Virus record (IMG/VR): IMGVR_UViG_3300045988_155520
Location: 32,001-96,000 of that record
DNA from: a virus
Reading direction: 5' to 3' (one strand)
Length of the DNA: 64,000 bases
Shown: piece by piece, positions 15,476 to 26,900 of the stretch
How the letters are laid out: each line of letters begins with the position of its first letter
Position numbering within the stretch: position 1 is the stretch's first letter
The notes under the pieces: model-generated
What the model was told of the DNA's origin: nothing
The model's input: only the letters and a program-made list of their open reading frames with translations
Database searches by the model: none
Made by a program: the position numbers and the translations under genes

Positions 15476-18280
15476 TTAACTATCTATTATATTAAAAAAG
15501 CCATTTGAATAATTTTCTAAAGCTTCAAAAGAAGAAACTTCTCCTAATTTAATATGCTTATCAAAAGCATAATTTATTCCTCTATCTATATAAATATTAC
15601 TTTTTGTACTTTGCGGTGCTGCACTTCCAAAACGATATTCTTCTCTAAAAAGAGGTAGAACAACAGCATCATTATAAGTATCCATGTCTACGTATGTCAT
15701 CACTCGTCCCATTCTCGCATTTGGTAATGAGAATTGTGCTTTTGGACTTGACCATTCTCTACCATATAAATCAGACTTATTAAGTTCCTCTTTACGTACT
15801 ATGTCATAATACCATACTAAAATCTTAGTTGTCGTAGATGTATTGAAAAACTCTTGCTTCTTGACAAATTCTACAGTTTCTTTAAATGTTACTCCATCTG
15901 AATAATTTTCTGGTATCACATACGTTCCATTATCTATCATTAATGTTGCATTTATATGATATGTTATATCACACATGATATGTTTGTCATCATTTATTTC
16001 TCCGACTTCTTCCAATACTTTATTTATAGCATTTATACTTTGCTTGTCGGTATATTTTTTACTTATTATTTTACCATTATTATCAGTACAATAGAATACC
16101 ATATTTGATATTATATTACCATTAAACATCTTATCGGCAAATTCATATTTCTCACCTTTAAGGACTGTCAGATTTGTTACACTATTGATATTGTAATATG
16201 GTGTTAATACTGTTCCTTCTACAGGTTGTGCATAGAGTGGGTTTGTTCCATTATTATCATTAATTTCCTCACCATTACTCCATTTAGTTTCCTTTAGTGG
16301 ATTCAAACCATGCATTTCATTTCCTATATCATCATAGTATAATACAGACGGTTTCAATAAGTCTATTTTAGAATCGGTATAACCCGTAATATAGCCAGCA
16401 TCTTCTAACTCATATGTATGAACAATATTCAAACCATTCTCCAAAATTAAAATGTCTTTACATGATATTTTGTCTTTTATCAATTCTTTAGATTCTTGAA
16501 TATTCTGGGTAAACCCATTATCAATATCTCCATTTAAACCATTTTGAATTGTATATATTTTTCCATCCTTAACAAATAAATCTATGCCATTCAAAGTAGT
16601 GTGTGTATCAAATAAAGGGTATGTATATGATATGTTAGCATCTTTGACTTTAACTTCATTATTATCAACAATAATATATTCTCCATTATAGTTAATAAGT
16701 TTACCCTCATTTATTGTATTACCGCTAATTTCTCCATTTTTAGCGAAAGAATCTGACCCACCTATTTTTATGTATTCAGTTCCAGTCCCTCTATATTTTT
16801 CAACTAAGAAAACTTTATTTCTTATTAATGAATTACTTGTAGTTTCCATCTTTACATATCTTGATGAAAAAACTGGATAAATAATATTATTAATACAAAC
16901 ACACTCCTTTGATGAATAAGGTACAAATTCTGTATTTAGGTGGTCTGCTAATAATTTTATTTCATCTATTTTTGTTGAGGTTATTTTCTTATATTCCCCT
17001 TTATAATCTTTTACAAGATAAGTGTTTTCAAAATGGAAATCTTTACTATTAGCTTCTATATAATAATCGGTATAATTAATCCATTGTATATCATTATTTG
17101 CCGTTATATAATTGTTACTTTTTTCATCCCATAAATTAACATTATCATTACCCCATACACGTTCTAAATATTTTTCATCAAATTTAAAACCATATAGTGC
17201 ATTTTTTCCTTTCTTTTCCCTTGCTGTGTTTTGTGTATATTCTTTAATCTTATTATTTGGATTAAGTATATAAGGTATACCATCACGTATGACAACTGTA
17301 CCATGTTTTGTGTCGTTCTGTGTATTTCTATAATCTACTCCAGCAACCCAATCATTAGAAAAAATAGACATTTCTCCCATATTTTCAATACTTTGTAGTA
17401 TTGGAATTGAATGTATTGAAATTGGGGAAAGATTAGGATATAATTCATATAACTGAGCTAATTTTTCAGCTTTATCATTTGCAATATTTACCCACTCCTG
17501 AAGAAGTGTAGCTACATTATTACCACCTCTTTTAAAATACTCTTCGCATTCGCAACAGTTTGAACTATCCACACATTCTTCATGTGAAGTATAATCACGA
17601 TATAATCTTCTTTTTGAAGAAAACCATTGATTCCACTTGATAGCATCACCAAACCAAAGAAATGATGTATTCCAAAAATCTTTAAATTCAGTTGGGATAT
17701 AGAATTGAAGAAAGAAGTTTTCTTTTAAATATTTAAAAAGTCCGTCATCTACAGCTACTTTTGATATATTCAATTCTTCTGTGTTATAACCATGTATTAA
17801 ATTATTATCTTTAAGAACTACTTTTCCAGCATGGCTAACGAAGAATTTATCCATTTCTTCATATGTACTTCTTTTATTACCATAAAGTAATTTATCAGAA
17901 TACTTTCCGCTAACCTCTGAATCGTAATATTCTACAGCTGACTTATAAGCATGACCACATGAACCATGATTATTCAATAAGTCATAATATTTAGTAAAGA
18001 AGAAAAACCAATCATCTAAACGACGATAAGAAACCATACAATCAAATTTGAAAGTTATATTATTTTCTGTTACACTTACATCTGGATTTTTCTTGAAAAA
18101 GTCAGCTAAACTAACATTCATAGGTATCATACCATAATTGTTAGATTTCTGATAATTTCTTGCTGCAATAGCATCTTTAGTGAATACATGATATATACCA
18201 TTTTTATCAAATGCAGGTATTATACCAGGTATTCGTGATGTAAATGTTTCCAAAGAAACGGTTGTATGTAATTTTTTCAT
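15476..18280 (-). CDS. large structural-module protein (934 aa)
   Basis: Intact ORF in the baseplate/fibre operon. No motif recognised. Confidence 0.6.
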   Translation of the reverse strand: MKKLHTTVSLETFTSRIPGIIPAFDKNGIYHVFTKDAIAARNYQKSNNYGMIPMNVSLADFFKKNPDVSVTENNITFKFDCMVSYRRLDDWFFFFTKYYDLLNNHGSCGHAYKSAVEYYDSEVSGKYSDKLLYGNKRSTYEEMDKFFVSHAGKVVLKDNNLIHGYNTEELNISKVAVDDGLFKYLKENFFLQFYIPTEFKDFWNTSFLWFGDAIKWNQWFSSKRRLYRDYTSHEECVDSSNCCECEEYFKRGGNNVATLLQEWVNIANDKAEKLAQLYELYPNLSPISIHSIPILQSIENMGEMSIFSNDWVAGVDYRNTQNDTKHGTVVIRDGIPYILNPNNKIKEYTQNTAREKKGKNALYGFKFDEKYLERVWGNDNVNLWDEKSNNYITANNDIQWINYTDYYIEANSKDFHFENTYLVKDYKGEYKKITSTKIDEIKLLADHLNTEFVPYSSKECVCINNIIYPVFSSRYVKMETTSNSLIRNKVFLVEKYRGTGTEYIKIGGSDSFAKNGEISGNTINEGKLINYNGEYIIVDNNEVKVKDANISYTYPLFDTHTTLNGIDLFVKDGKIYTIQNGLNGDIDNGFTQNIQESKELIKDKISCKDILILENGLNIVHTYELEDAGYITGYTDSKIDLLKPSVLYYDDIGNEMHGLNPLKETKWSNGEEINDNNGTNPLYAQPVEGTVLTPYYNINSVTNLTVLKGEKYEFADKMFNGNIISNMVFYCTDNNGKIISKKYTDKQSINAINKVLEEVGEINDDKHIMCDITYHINATLMIDNGTYVIPENYSDGVTFKETVEFVKKQEFFNTSTTTKILVWYYDIVRKEELNKSDLYGREWSSPKAQFSLPNARMGRVMTYVDMDTYNDAVVLPLFREEYRFGSAAPQSTKSNIYIDRGINYAFDKHIKLGEVSSFEALENYSNGFFNIIDS

Positions 18281-18285
18281 TTTCT

Positions 18286-21144
18286 CTAATCCTCGTTCTT
18301 AATTTTCATTTCAAAAAGATTAAACTGTAATTTGTCACCTTTACTTTTAATTACTTCTGGTGATATATAGTTAGTATTTACATAATATGAATAACGTTTA
18401 TTTATATTATCATAAACTGCGGTTAATGGAATGTATGTTTGTTTATAAACATCCTTTAAAGATACACCGCTCTTTAGTTCATTCAAATCATTTTCATTGT
18501 TTAATCGTAATACATGACCATCCAAAGATGTTGGAATATTAAAAGTCAGGGTTTTACCTAAACCTGCATGATTAAACTCTACTTTCATAAATATCTTCTC
18601 TGGATGTAATGATGTAGCATAATCTCTAAACATGTATATATAGAATCCTTCAGATGAATTGTCGTTTTCATGCTTATTGTACACCGAGAAACGAGAACTC
18701 AATCTTCCCTCATCGTCCCATTTATACGTAAGTTTATCTTTATTTTCGCTATAGCAAACCTCAGTTTTAACACTAATATTATTAGTAAAGCTATTTACGT
18801 CTTTATCAACATTATCATACATGATATCTTTACTAATTTTTGTCATATTATTCATGTACTTTTTAAATGCCTTACTTTCATCAAAGAAAATTGTAGATGT
18901 AGCCAATAAATTTTGTGTTAATGGATTAATACTATCGTAAAAAGATAATCTTAGAAAACTTTTAGCTAATTTATCTTTCTGATAATACACATCATTATTT
19001 GTAAAGTACATAAGCCCTAACAAGTCAGATGATTCTTGCAACTTCTCCCCATCTGATTCTAATAAATGTTTATATGGCTCGTAATCCGTTATAAACCAAT
19101 TAGAATTATCATGGTTAATAGAATTTACTCCTTCATCTTCAATTATCTTCCAACTTTCCTCATCTCGTGTTCTGAAATGTAGGTTAAACTCCATTGTACG
19201 AACACTTTTAAACATCTGAAAACCATTCTTATCTAATTGTATATTACCATTCTCTCCTATTAATGGATATACGGGGTAATATACCTCTTTTTCCATATCA
19301 ACTATGTTGGTGATGACATTTCTTCTTTCACTCGTGAAGAATTGATTTTCACTAATATCATCGTGTAGTGGATTACCACCATTAGTATATGTTAATGGTA
19401 AAGTTAGTCTACAAAAAGAACTATGTCCAAAGATACTGAGTTTATCGTTTAAATTATAATAATCTTGGGAAGTATTAATAATATCGTTAATGTTAGAAGC
19501 AACCCATGGAAGTTCTACCGTTATTTTTCTATCACCAAAAATTTTACTTTCTGTTTCAATTAAATAAGTATGCTTATTCTCTATAAGTAAGTGATTAAGA
19601 TAGTTGATTATCGTATCATATTCTTCTTTAGAAAATACATCTTTATCTAAATCAGGTATACAGACTAATGCAGAGGAACCAGCTTTATCAATAACTCTCA
19701 TTCTTATTCTTCCTCTACCATTCATTTTAATAGTAGTTCTCTGACCAGTTTTATCAATTACATACCTTTCATTACCTATTACAACCCCATCATAATGTTT
19801 TATATGATATGATATATTACTATATTCTCGTCCATTTGGTATATTATATAAACGTTTAAACGTAGTACCATTATCAGTTATTTCTCCCTCTAATTTAACA
19901 TCGTATACATCTACATATGCAATACTCCCATCTTCATATCCGTTGGGATAATATATGTTAAATTCTTCTCCATTGATAATGGCTGTATCACAACACCTAT
20001 TATCTATCCAATATTTTTCATTCTCATATAACACATATCTTTTTCCAGATGTAGATTCAAATAAAGGTAAATCAAATTCTCTATCAGATGAAAATGATAA
20101 GAAATAAGCGTCGTTTATATTTAAACTATGTCTATCATTATAAACGTACACAATTACTTGTTCTGTATTGTGTGAATTTATTAACTGTTCATGAAATGGA
20201 TAAACGGTTCCGTCTAATTCTATGAAAATATCTCTTGCACGTAATTTATTAATATCAGTATTAGTTGCTGTATCTCCAGTAAGAGGAATCCTACTATTAT
20301 TAGAATCTGTATAATTTACCAGAAAAGCATCCACCCAAGTTTTGATAAATGTTTTCTGCCCATTATTATCCATGCGCATTAGATTAACATAGCACCCTAT
20401 TTTACTCGTACCGTTATCATCTATTTTAGTAATATAGTATTTGTTATTTTCATATGCACAAAATAATGAATATTCACCACCAGTTATAGTTTCAAGTTGT
20501 AAAAACTGATTCTCTGGGCGTTCTATTCTAAATTTTTTAACTTTAAAAAACTCTTCTTTCTTAAAAAAATGTACACTTACATCTGAAAAATACCCCGTAT
20601 CATCACCTTTAACAACATAGCTATTTTTGTCGCTATCTGTTTCAATCAGATATTTTACACCATTATACTCTATTGTTCCATCTTCAATCCAGAATGGTAC
20701 TTTTATATTTATAGTAGTATCATTAGTTAAGTAAACTTTATAATTTTCTATATACTTATAGGGTTTTAGTTCACTTTCTTCATCAACAACTATATCGTTA
20801 TAATAAGGTAATACTATATATTTACCATTATCGTCTTGTTGAACGTAACAAAAATCATTATTATAATAAACGTACTGTATATTGATACTATCTTTATTAT
20901 AAGTTTCTACCTTAAATGTTGTATCAACGAAACATAATCCTTGTCGTAGATGTTCACTCCACTTAATATTACATTCTGAAGTCTCGTAAGAATTTTTTAA
21001 TATAACAGTATTAGTACTACCGACTGTTATATTAGAGTTGGTAGTACCAGTTATATAAGTTAAGTCATGAGATACAAAAAGTTCTTTAAAAGGTATTTTG
21101 GTCAATGTATCTCCCTTTCCTAAACGACAAGAATATCTTAACAT
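18286..21144 (-). CDS. large structural-module protein (952 aa)
   Basis: Intact ORF with a 7-nt overlap with the upstream gene. Confidence 0.6.
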   Translation of the reverse strand: MLRYSCRLGKGDTLTKIPFKELFVSHDLTYITGTTNSNITVGSTNTVILKNSYETSECNIKWSEHLRQGLCFVDTTFKVETYNKDSINIQYVYYNNDFCYVQQDDNGKYIVLPYYNDIVVDEESELKPYKYIENYKVYLTNDTTINIKVPFWIEDGTIEYNGVKYLIETDSDKNSYVVKGDDTGYFSDVSVHFFKKEEFFKVKKFRIERPENQFLQLETITGGEYSLFCAYENNKYYITKIDDNGTSKIGCYVNLMRMDNNGQKTFIKTWVDAFLVNYTDSNNSRIPLTGDTATNTDINKLRARDIFIELDGTVYPFHEQLINSHNTEQVIVYVYNDRHSLNINDAYFLSFSSDREFDLPLFESTSGKRYVLYENEKYWIDNRCCDTAIINGEEFNIYYPNGYEDGSIAYVDVYDVKLEGEITDNGTTFKRLYNIPNGREYSNISYHIKHYDGVVIGNERYVIDKTGQRTTIKMNGRGRIRMRVIDKAGSSALVCIPDLDKDVFSKEEYDTIINYLNHLLIENKHTYLIETESKIFGDRKITVELPWVASNINDIINTSQDYYNLNDKLSIFGHSSFCRLTLPLTYTNGGNPLHDDISENQFFTSERRNVITNIVDMEKEVYYPVYPLIGENGNIQLDKNGFQMFKSVRTMEFNLHFRTRDEESWKIIEDEGVNSINHDNSNWFITDYEPYKHLLESDGEKLQESSDLLGLMYFTNNDVYYQKDKLAKSFLRLSFYDSINPLTQNLLATSTIFFDESKAFKKYMNNMTKISKDIMYDNVDKDVNSFTNNISVKTEVCYSENKDKLTYKWDDEGRLSSRFSVYNKHENDNSSEGFYIYMFRDYATSLHPEKIFMKVEFNHAGLGKTLTFNIPTSLDGHVLRLNNENDLNELKSGVSLKDVYKQTYIPLTAVYDNINKRYSYYVNTNYISPEVIKSKGDKLQFNLFEMKIKNED

Positions 21145-23948
21145 ACTATATCATCAGCTTTAACGTAATTATTTTTATCTTCATCAGAAATAACTGAACC
21201 TGCTGGGTCGTAAGGTGCTTGAGAAGCCCACATTCCAACATTATCGAATGGGTCTTGTCTTCTCAATTTTAAGTTAATTGATGTATTAATATAAATAGCA
21301 CCATTTGTAAATGGATTAATACTATCACTATTCTTATTATCAAAACCATCTTGGATGATTTCTCTCCACCTAATAGCACATGAACCATCTTTCGCTATCG
21401 TATAATAGCTTGGTATTAATAGATTACTAACGTTGAATAAACGATATCTCATTTTAAGTAGAGAATCACCAGCGGTTATTATTGGTATTTCATTATTAAC
21501 TACCTTAATTTGTTTCCCGTTATCTTCCTTATAAAATATACATGAAAAAATGTAATTATCCATTACTTTTTGAACAACACCTCTATAAATAATCCGCTTG
21601 TCTACATCATACATAACGATGCTGTCACCTTGTTTTAATCTATGTTCCTGTAATGTTTTAAAAGTACATTCATCGTTGTTTGTAACAAGTGTACGTATTC
21701 TTATAATTTCAGGGTGTATCTCTTGTAAACTTCCAAAACTTCTCAGTTTTATTTCATAATGAGGTTTATAGAAATATCCTTCTTTTTTTTGACAAACTTC
21801 ATTTTTACTCTTCGTATCTATTACAAATGAATTAGGATAACCACCTTCATTACTCTTATCTTCTAAATCATAATCGTCACTTACAATTTCGTCATAGTAA
21901 TACTTGTTAAAGTATGTATAAGCTCTGTCACGCTTTTTCACAAGTTCTCGTTGTGCTGTGTTAAAACGGAAAAGTGCATCGTCTACAATAGACTCTGTAC
22001 AAGAATGATTGTCGTAACACACAAAATCACCATAAAAATGAATATCATTCTTAACATCTATTTCATCCTCCTCTGCTATTGAAACTGCACCTGCACCTCT
22101 TTTATTGATATTTTTGATTGGTAAACCTGTTTTATTATCTATATTGTTTACATTCGTAATACTTGTGTAGTTAAAATTAATAGCTTCTTCACTTTTATGA
22201 AATTGAGCCGATAATTTGCCAAAACAATGAGAATACTCAATACTATCGTGAATGATATTTAATTCATTCTCATACGCACCATACCAATACTTATACCCAC
22301 TATTATTCTTTAAAATTGTAAGATAAATAGAAGTTAAAGGTCTTCCGAGATTATCTTTTAAGCCAGTAATATCAATATCATCTGTATATACAATTTCTCC
22401 TATTTGGTCTGAATAAATATTTTTAGCAAAAGCTAACTTAGAACAATGATTTTCAAAATCATATTGCGGTTTTTGATACTCCTTAATAAGTTTGCCATCA
22501 TCTTTATATATATCTTCTTCTGCTGCGGTCGTTTCGGCAAATCTAAAGTTAGGTAAACGTGAAAATATTCTTACATAATAATCACATTCTATTCCATAGT
22601 TTACCTTCTTAAATGATATGTTTTGTGAACTATCATCTAAGTTAACACGTTTATTAACTATTCTATATTCTTTTCCATCTAATATTCTACTTACAGTATT
22701 TCCGTGATTGGTTATTCTGTATTGAGTTCTATCTAAATCACTAATCTGTACCCACTCTTTACCAATCCGCGTATTACCATTCTCGGTGATAAATATGAAA
22801 CTATCAAATACTTTTTTAACTTCCACTGAAGGTATGATTAACTCATCTCCATTATAGATGTTTACTCTATCACCTTCTGATAAACCATGTTTCGCTGAAC
22901 TATAGAAATTGATTTGTCCAGAACCATTGTCAGACTTGGTATTTTCATCAAATAGGACAATTTTGATTGCTCCCTTGCAATACCCATCATTTTTCTCTCC
23001 TTGTCCTAAGAAATCTATGCCTTCTATTGTAGAACTGCTTGGATAAGTTAAACAATATTCCCAATTCTTCTCGATACGGTTCTTATGAGGATTAAATTTT
23101 GGAACAAAGCTATATAGGTCACGACCTGGATACATATCAATAAAATCACCTGCATTGTAATTTATTAATGTTCTATTGATATTTAACCCATTACATTTAT
23201 CACTATTATCACAAAAGGTATTAATCTTAGCACCATTATTGAAACCAAACCACCCATTGTAAGTTTTTCTTAATTTTGTATCAAGCGTTGTGTCATAAGA
23301 AGATATATCATCATATGTATATACATGAAGTTTTTTCTTCTTTCTTCCGCCAGCAATATTGGCTGAAACAGGATACATAATATCGTCAATTATTTCTTCT
23401 CCGCTCCATGTTCTCATTCTGTCAGATATTGTATTAAAATTAGAATAATCTTTACTATTCTTAGTATCTATCTGACATATTGTTTTAAATGTCTTACTTC
23501 TTAATAAATGATTATTAAAAATATCCTTTCCGCAATGATAAGTTAAGTAGCCTGACAATTGTGTATCTCTGATTGCTTCTAATGTATTATAATCTTTACT
23601 ATACCAGCTTGATAAGTTTGTACTTTTATATAAAACATTATCAATTTTTCTCTTACCTAAATTACCTTGGTCTCCATAGTTCAAAAGATATACATCATCA
23701 CTGCCCTCATTTCCTACAATCTCTGTCATACTATTATTTAACACATTGGTACATAAAGTGTTGACTTGAAATGTGAGTCTATAACGTTGACAAGAGCTAC
23801 GTTCGTCTTGATACAGTTGTAAAGTGTCCAATACACCAGTCATTTCACTTGGTGGTAAGAGTTTTCTCCTACCACCAATGAAAATATCTGAACCTACGCT
23901 TTTATTAACACTTTCTTTACTTCTAAATTTTTCTAAAAATGCTTGCAT
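21138..23948 (-). CDS. large structural-module protein (936 aa from the ATG at 23948)
   Basis: The track ORF starts at 23996, overlapping the upstream gene by 41 nt. The ATG at 23948 (MQAFLEKF) sits 7 nt after the upstream stop. Either start is possible. Confidence 0.55.
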   Translation of the reverse strand: MQAFLEKFRSKESVNKSVGSDIFIGGRRKLLPPSEMTGVLDTLQLYQDERSSCQRYRLTFQVNTLCTNVLNNSMTEIVGNEGSDDVYLLNYGDQGNLGKRKIDNVLYKSTNLSSWYSKDYNTLEAIRDTQLSGYLTYHCGKDIFNNHLLRSKTFKTICQIDTKNSKDYSNFNTISDRMRTWSGEEIIDDIMYPVSANIAGGRKKKKLHVYTYDDISSYDTTLDTKLRKTYNGWFGFNNGAKINTFCDNSDKCNGLNINRTLINYNAGDFIDMYPGRDLYSFVPKFNPHKNRIEKNWEYCLTYPSSSTIEGIDFLGQGEKNDGYCKGAIKIVLFDENTKSDNGSGQINFYSSAKHGLSEGDRVNIYNGDELIIPSVEVKKVFDSFIFITENGNTRIGKEWVQISDLDRTQYRITNHGNTVSRILDGKEYRIVNKRVNLDDSSQNISFKKVNYGIECDYYVRIFSRLPNFRFAETTAAEEDIYKDDGKLIKEYQKPQYDFENHCSKLAFAKNIYSDQIGEIVYTDDIDITGLKDNLGRPLTSIYLTILKNNSGYKYWYGAYENELNIIHDSIEYSHCFGKLSAQFHKSEEAINFNYTSITNVNNIDNKTGLPIKNINKRGAGAVSIAEEDEIDVKNDIHFYGDFVCYDNHSCTESIVDDALFRFNTAQRELVKKRDRAYTYFNKYYYDEIVSDDYDLEDKSNEGGYPNSFVIDTKSKNEVCQKKEGYFYKPHYEIKLRSFGSLQEIHPEIIRIRTLVTNNDECTFKTLQEHRLKQGDSIVMYDVDKRIIYRGVVQKVMDNYIFSCIFYKEDNGKQIKVVNNEIPIITAGDSLLKMRYRLFNVSNLLIPSYYTIAKDGSCAIRWREIIQDGFDNKNSDSINPFTNGAIYINTSINLKLRRQDPFDNVGMWASQAPYDPAGSVISDEDKNNYVKADDIVC

Positions 23949-23955
23949 AAATTTC

Positions 23956-26900
23956 CTAAATAAACTTATCAGTATAAATCTTATAAACAAAACCATTTGG
24001 TGTGGTCATATAAACGAAAAATGGTCTACTCTTAGTTATTTTTTTAACGTCCTTAGTCATTCTAAGCGTTAATACAACATCACCAGAATTAGATTTACTA
24101 TATTCATAATCTAAATGTATAAAATCAGACAATATTGCTGTTACTACAGGCATATTATATTCATCAACAGAATATTCCTCCGTATAATAACGAATATTGA
24201 AATCTAAACCTTCTTTATACATGAGTGAAAGATTTATCTTAGTACTTAAACGTATTACAAGAGTTTCGTCATTTTCAAAATCAAAAGTAACATCAAAATC
24301 TCTTGTATCAATAGGTTCACTGAATGAATAAACCTCAGCACTTCTCGTTATGTTATTTGTATTTGACTCTACGCAATTAAGAGGTGTTACAATGGTAGAT
24401 ACCTTGTTACCGAAGTCATAATCACACACAAACTGTGCTGATAACAAATCTTTATCTGTTAAAAGAAGGCTGGTACCTCCTCCATCACCCTTTAGATACA
24501 TTTTATGAGTTTGATAAAAGTACATAGTCTTATTATCTTTATCTCTAAATAAAGTTAATAATTTTGTCATTGCTTTATTTCTCAATTCATCACGTAATCT
24601 CTGCTTTTTAATAAAATTAGGTATATCAAGACTGTTAATTAATGCGAATTTAGCAACTTCATCATATGTTTCTATCATTTTATTAAGTCCCGCTTTGGAA
24701 GATTTTACACCAGCATAAACACCTTCGTTTACACCAAAAACAAATGGTACCATTGGATAGATATCACTTTCAGAATCTGAAGAAGTTGAGAAACTAAGTG
24801 TAAATTTTTGAGCTCTTAGGCCAGCTCTTCCACCACGTCCATCTGGTACTCTAAATAAGATACTATAGTCATCTTCATTTGTAGAACCTATAACAGGTGT
24901 TACGATATTAGCGAAATTACCCTTAAAAGTACATTCCTCACCTCTTTTTGTAATTGCACTTACTATCGGTGAGTCGTTATTTTCTGTATTCACTTCTGAC
25001 TTTATGTCATATGAGCAACTTGTAAAAGATAAATTAATATCGTTTACTTCGATATCATTTAAAGTGAACTCTCTTTTAGAGGGATAAGATATAGGAAAAC
25101 TTTCATCATTGGTAAAAGTAAAATCATTCGTTTTATCTACTCCATTAATTGAAACTTCGTAGAATCTACGTGTATTTCCATTTGTAGCACCATTCCATTT
25201 TAGATTTCCATATTTATCATAGCTATATTCTAACTTATTATCGTTATCAACAATATTATAATTTTTATCATAATTTAAAACTATACCATTATATATTGTA
25301 CCACATATAAATCCTTTTTGCCAGTCCTTAGAACCGTTTATTAGTCCATCTGAATGATATAAAGACGGAGTTACAAAATAGTATTTATAATCCAATCTTC
25401 TATCCACCGTCATATATCTAAAGTATGGCTTTGAATAATTAGATGGTACCACAGCTAAACCACCATGTGTATTATCACTGCTATCTAAAACATCATTTTG
25501 AACAATATAATTAGTATTAACATTTATTACAGGTACATTATTTATTTGTCCATTAAAAGGATATGACATAGCTGGTATTCTTTGATAAGAATTAAAAGAC
25601 TTACTATTACTACTTTTCTTTATACCTGCATTATTTGTGAACGCAGCTATATAGTTGCCACTATATGCACCGCCACCTAACTTAGGGTTTAACTGACCAG
25701 TGAATTTATCATTACTCTTTCTTATTTCTTTATCATTATAATTACTACTAACAATGTTAGGTAAAGACTTAGCAAACACAATAGAGTATATATTACCCAA
25801 AGCATAATTGTTGATTCTACCATTATCATTTAAGTCCTCATCATCTTCATACATAGGAGATAAAGTTCTTACGGTAGTAGGTTTCTTACCGCCAATTGTT
25901 TCAATTGAAAGAGTTTTTAAACTCTCATCATTGAAATATTGAGTATGTAGTAACTTAAACATATTATTCAACTTATAACTAACCTTATTAAGATTAGTAA
26001 TAGTTGCATCACCTGAAAGATTTATGTAATCTTCCCATTCTAAATTACTTGAAGGGTATAAATATACAGATGGGTCAAATGAATAAATCCACCCATTTTT
26101 ATTATCGTTTGAAATAATAAGAAAACCATTCTTATTCATAGGAAATATACTATCTTCGTAATAGAAATTACTTCTATAACCTGATGCAGTAGTAACTAAC
26201 TCGTGTCTTCCTAAGAGAGTTCTTAATGGAACATCATTTAATAAAACATCAAAAGTTTCTCCATTTTCAATAGTTATTGGTGTCATGGAATATGTATAAC
26301 CAATATGGTCTTCATCTTCTTTTTCTTGTACGTAATTACTGTTACAAGACTGAATTAAACCAATATTATATACATCTGGATAAAACATATTGAAATCAAA
26401 TTCCAAAACGCTATCAATTTTCTCAGATTTATTTACTCCATTCTTATCTACGTAATCAACCGTGTAATCACGTTGTTCAAACGATACATAGGTATTTCCA
26501 GTATTAGATGTTGTTTCTTTATATGAAAGTTCTGCCAGACCACTTCCGTTAACAGGTTCTATCGTTAAATAAACAACCTTTTCTATATTTTCATTTTTAC
26601 TTATGAAGTGGTTTACCCTTATTTCATAACACATTAAATGTGATTTTTCGTTTACCTTAAATGCTTTTTTAACAACATCGGGAATTTCAATTTCAGTTAA
26701 CAATTTGATATTACTTTCACTTGTTAAAACATATTCATCACCATCAATCATTATAGCACTTACTTTTATAGAGCCATTTAAATCGTTACTAATTATATTA
26801 TTTTTACTACTCTCGTTTATTCTTGCAGCTTCTTCTTGCCTTTTATGACTATCGGTAGATGTGGCTTCTGAACTTATGTATCTTCCACCTAATTCCGATG

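Noticed and set aside
18286-23996. Two consecutive ORFs both listed as 952 aa, considered as tandem paralogues.
   Set aside because: Reading the two translations side by side shows no shared motifs. The equal length is coincidental, and one of them probably starts 16 codons later.
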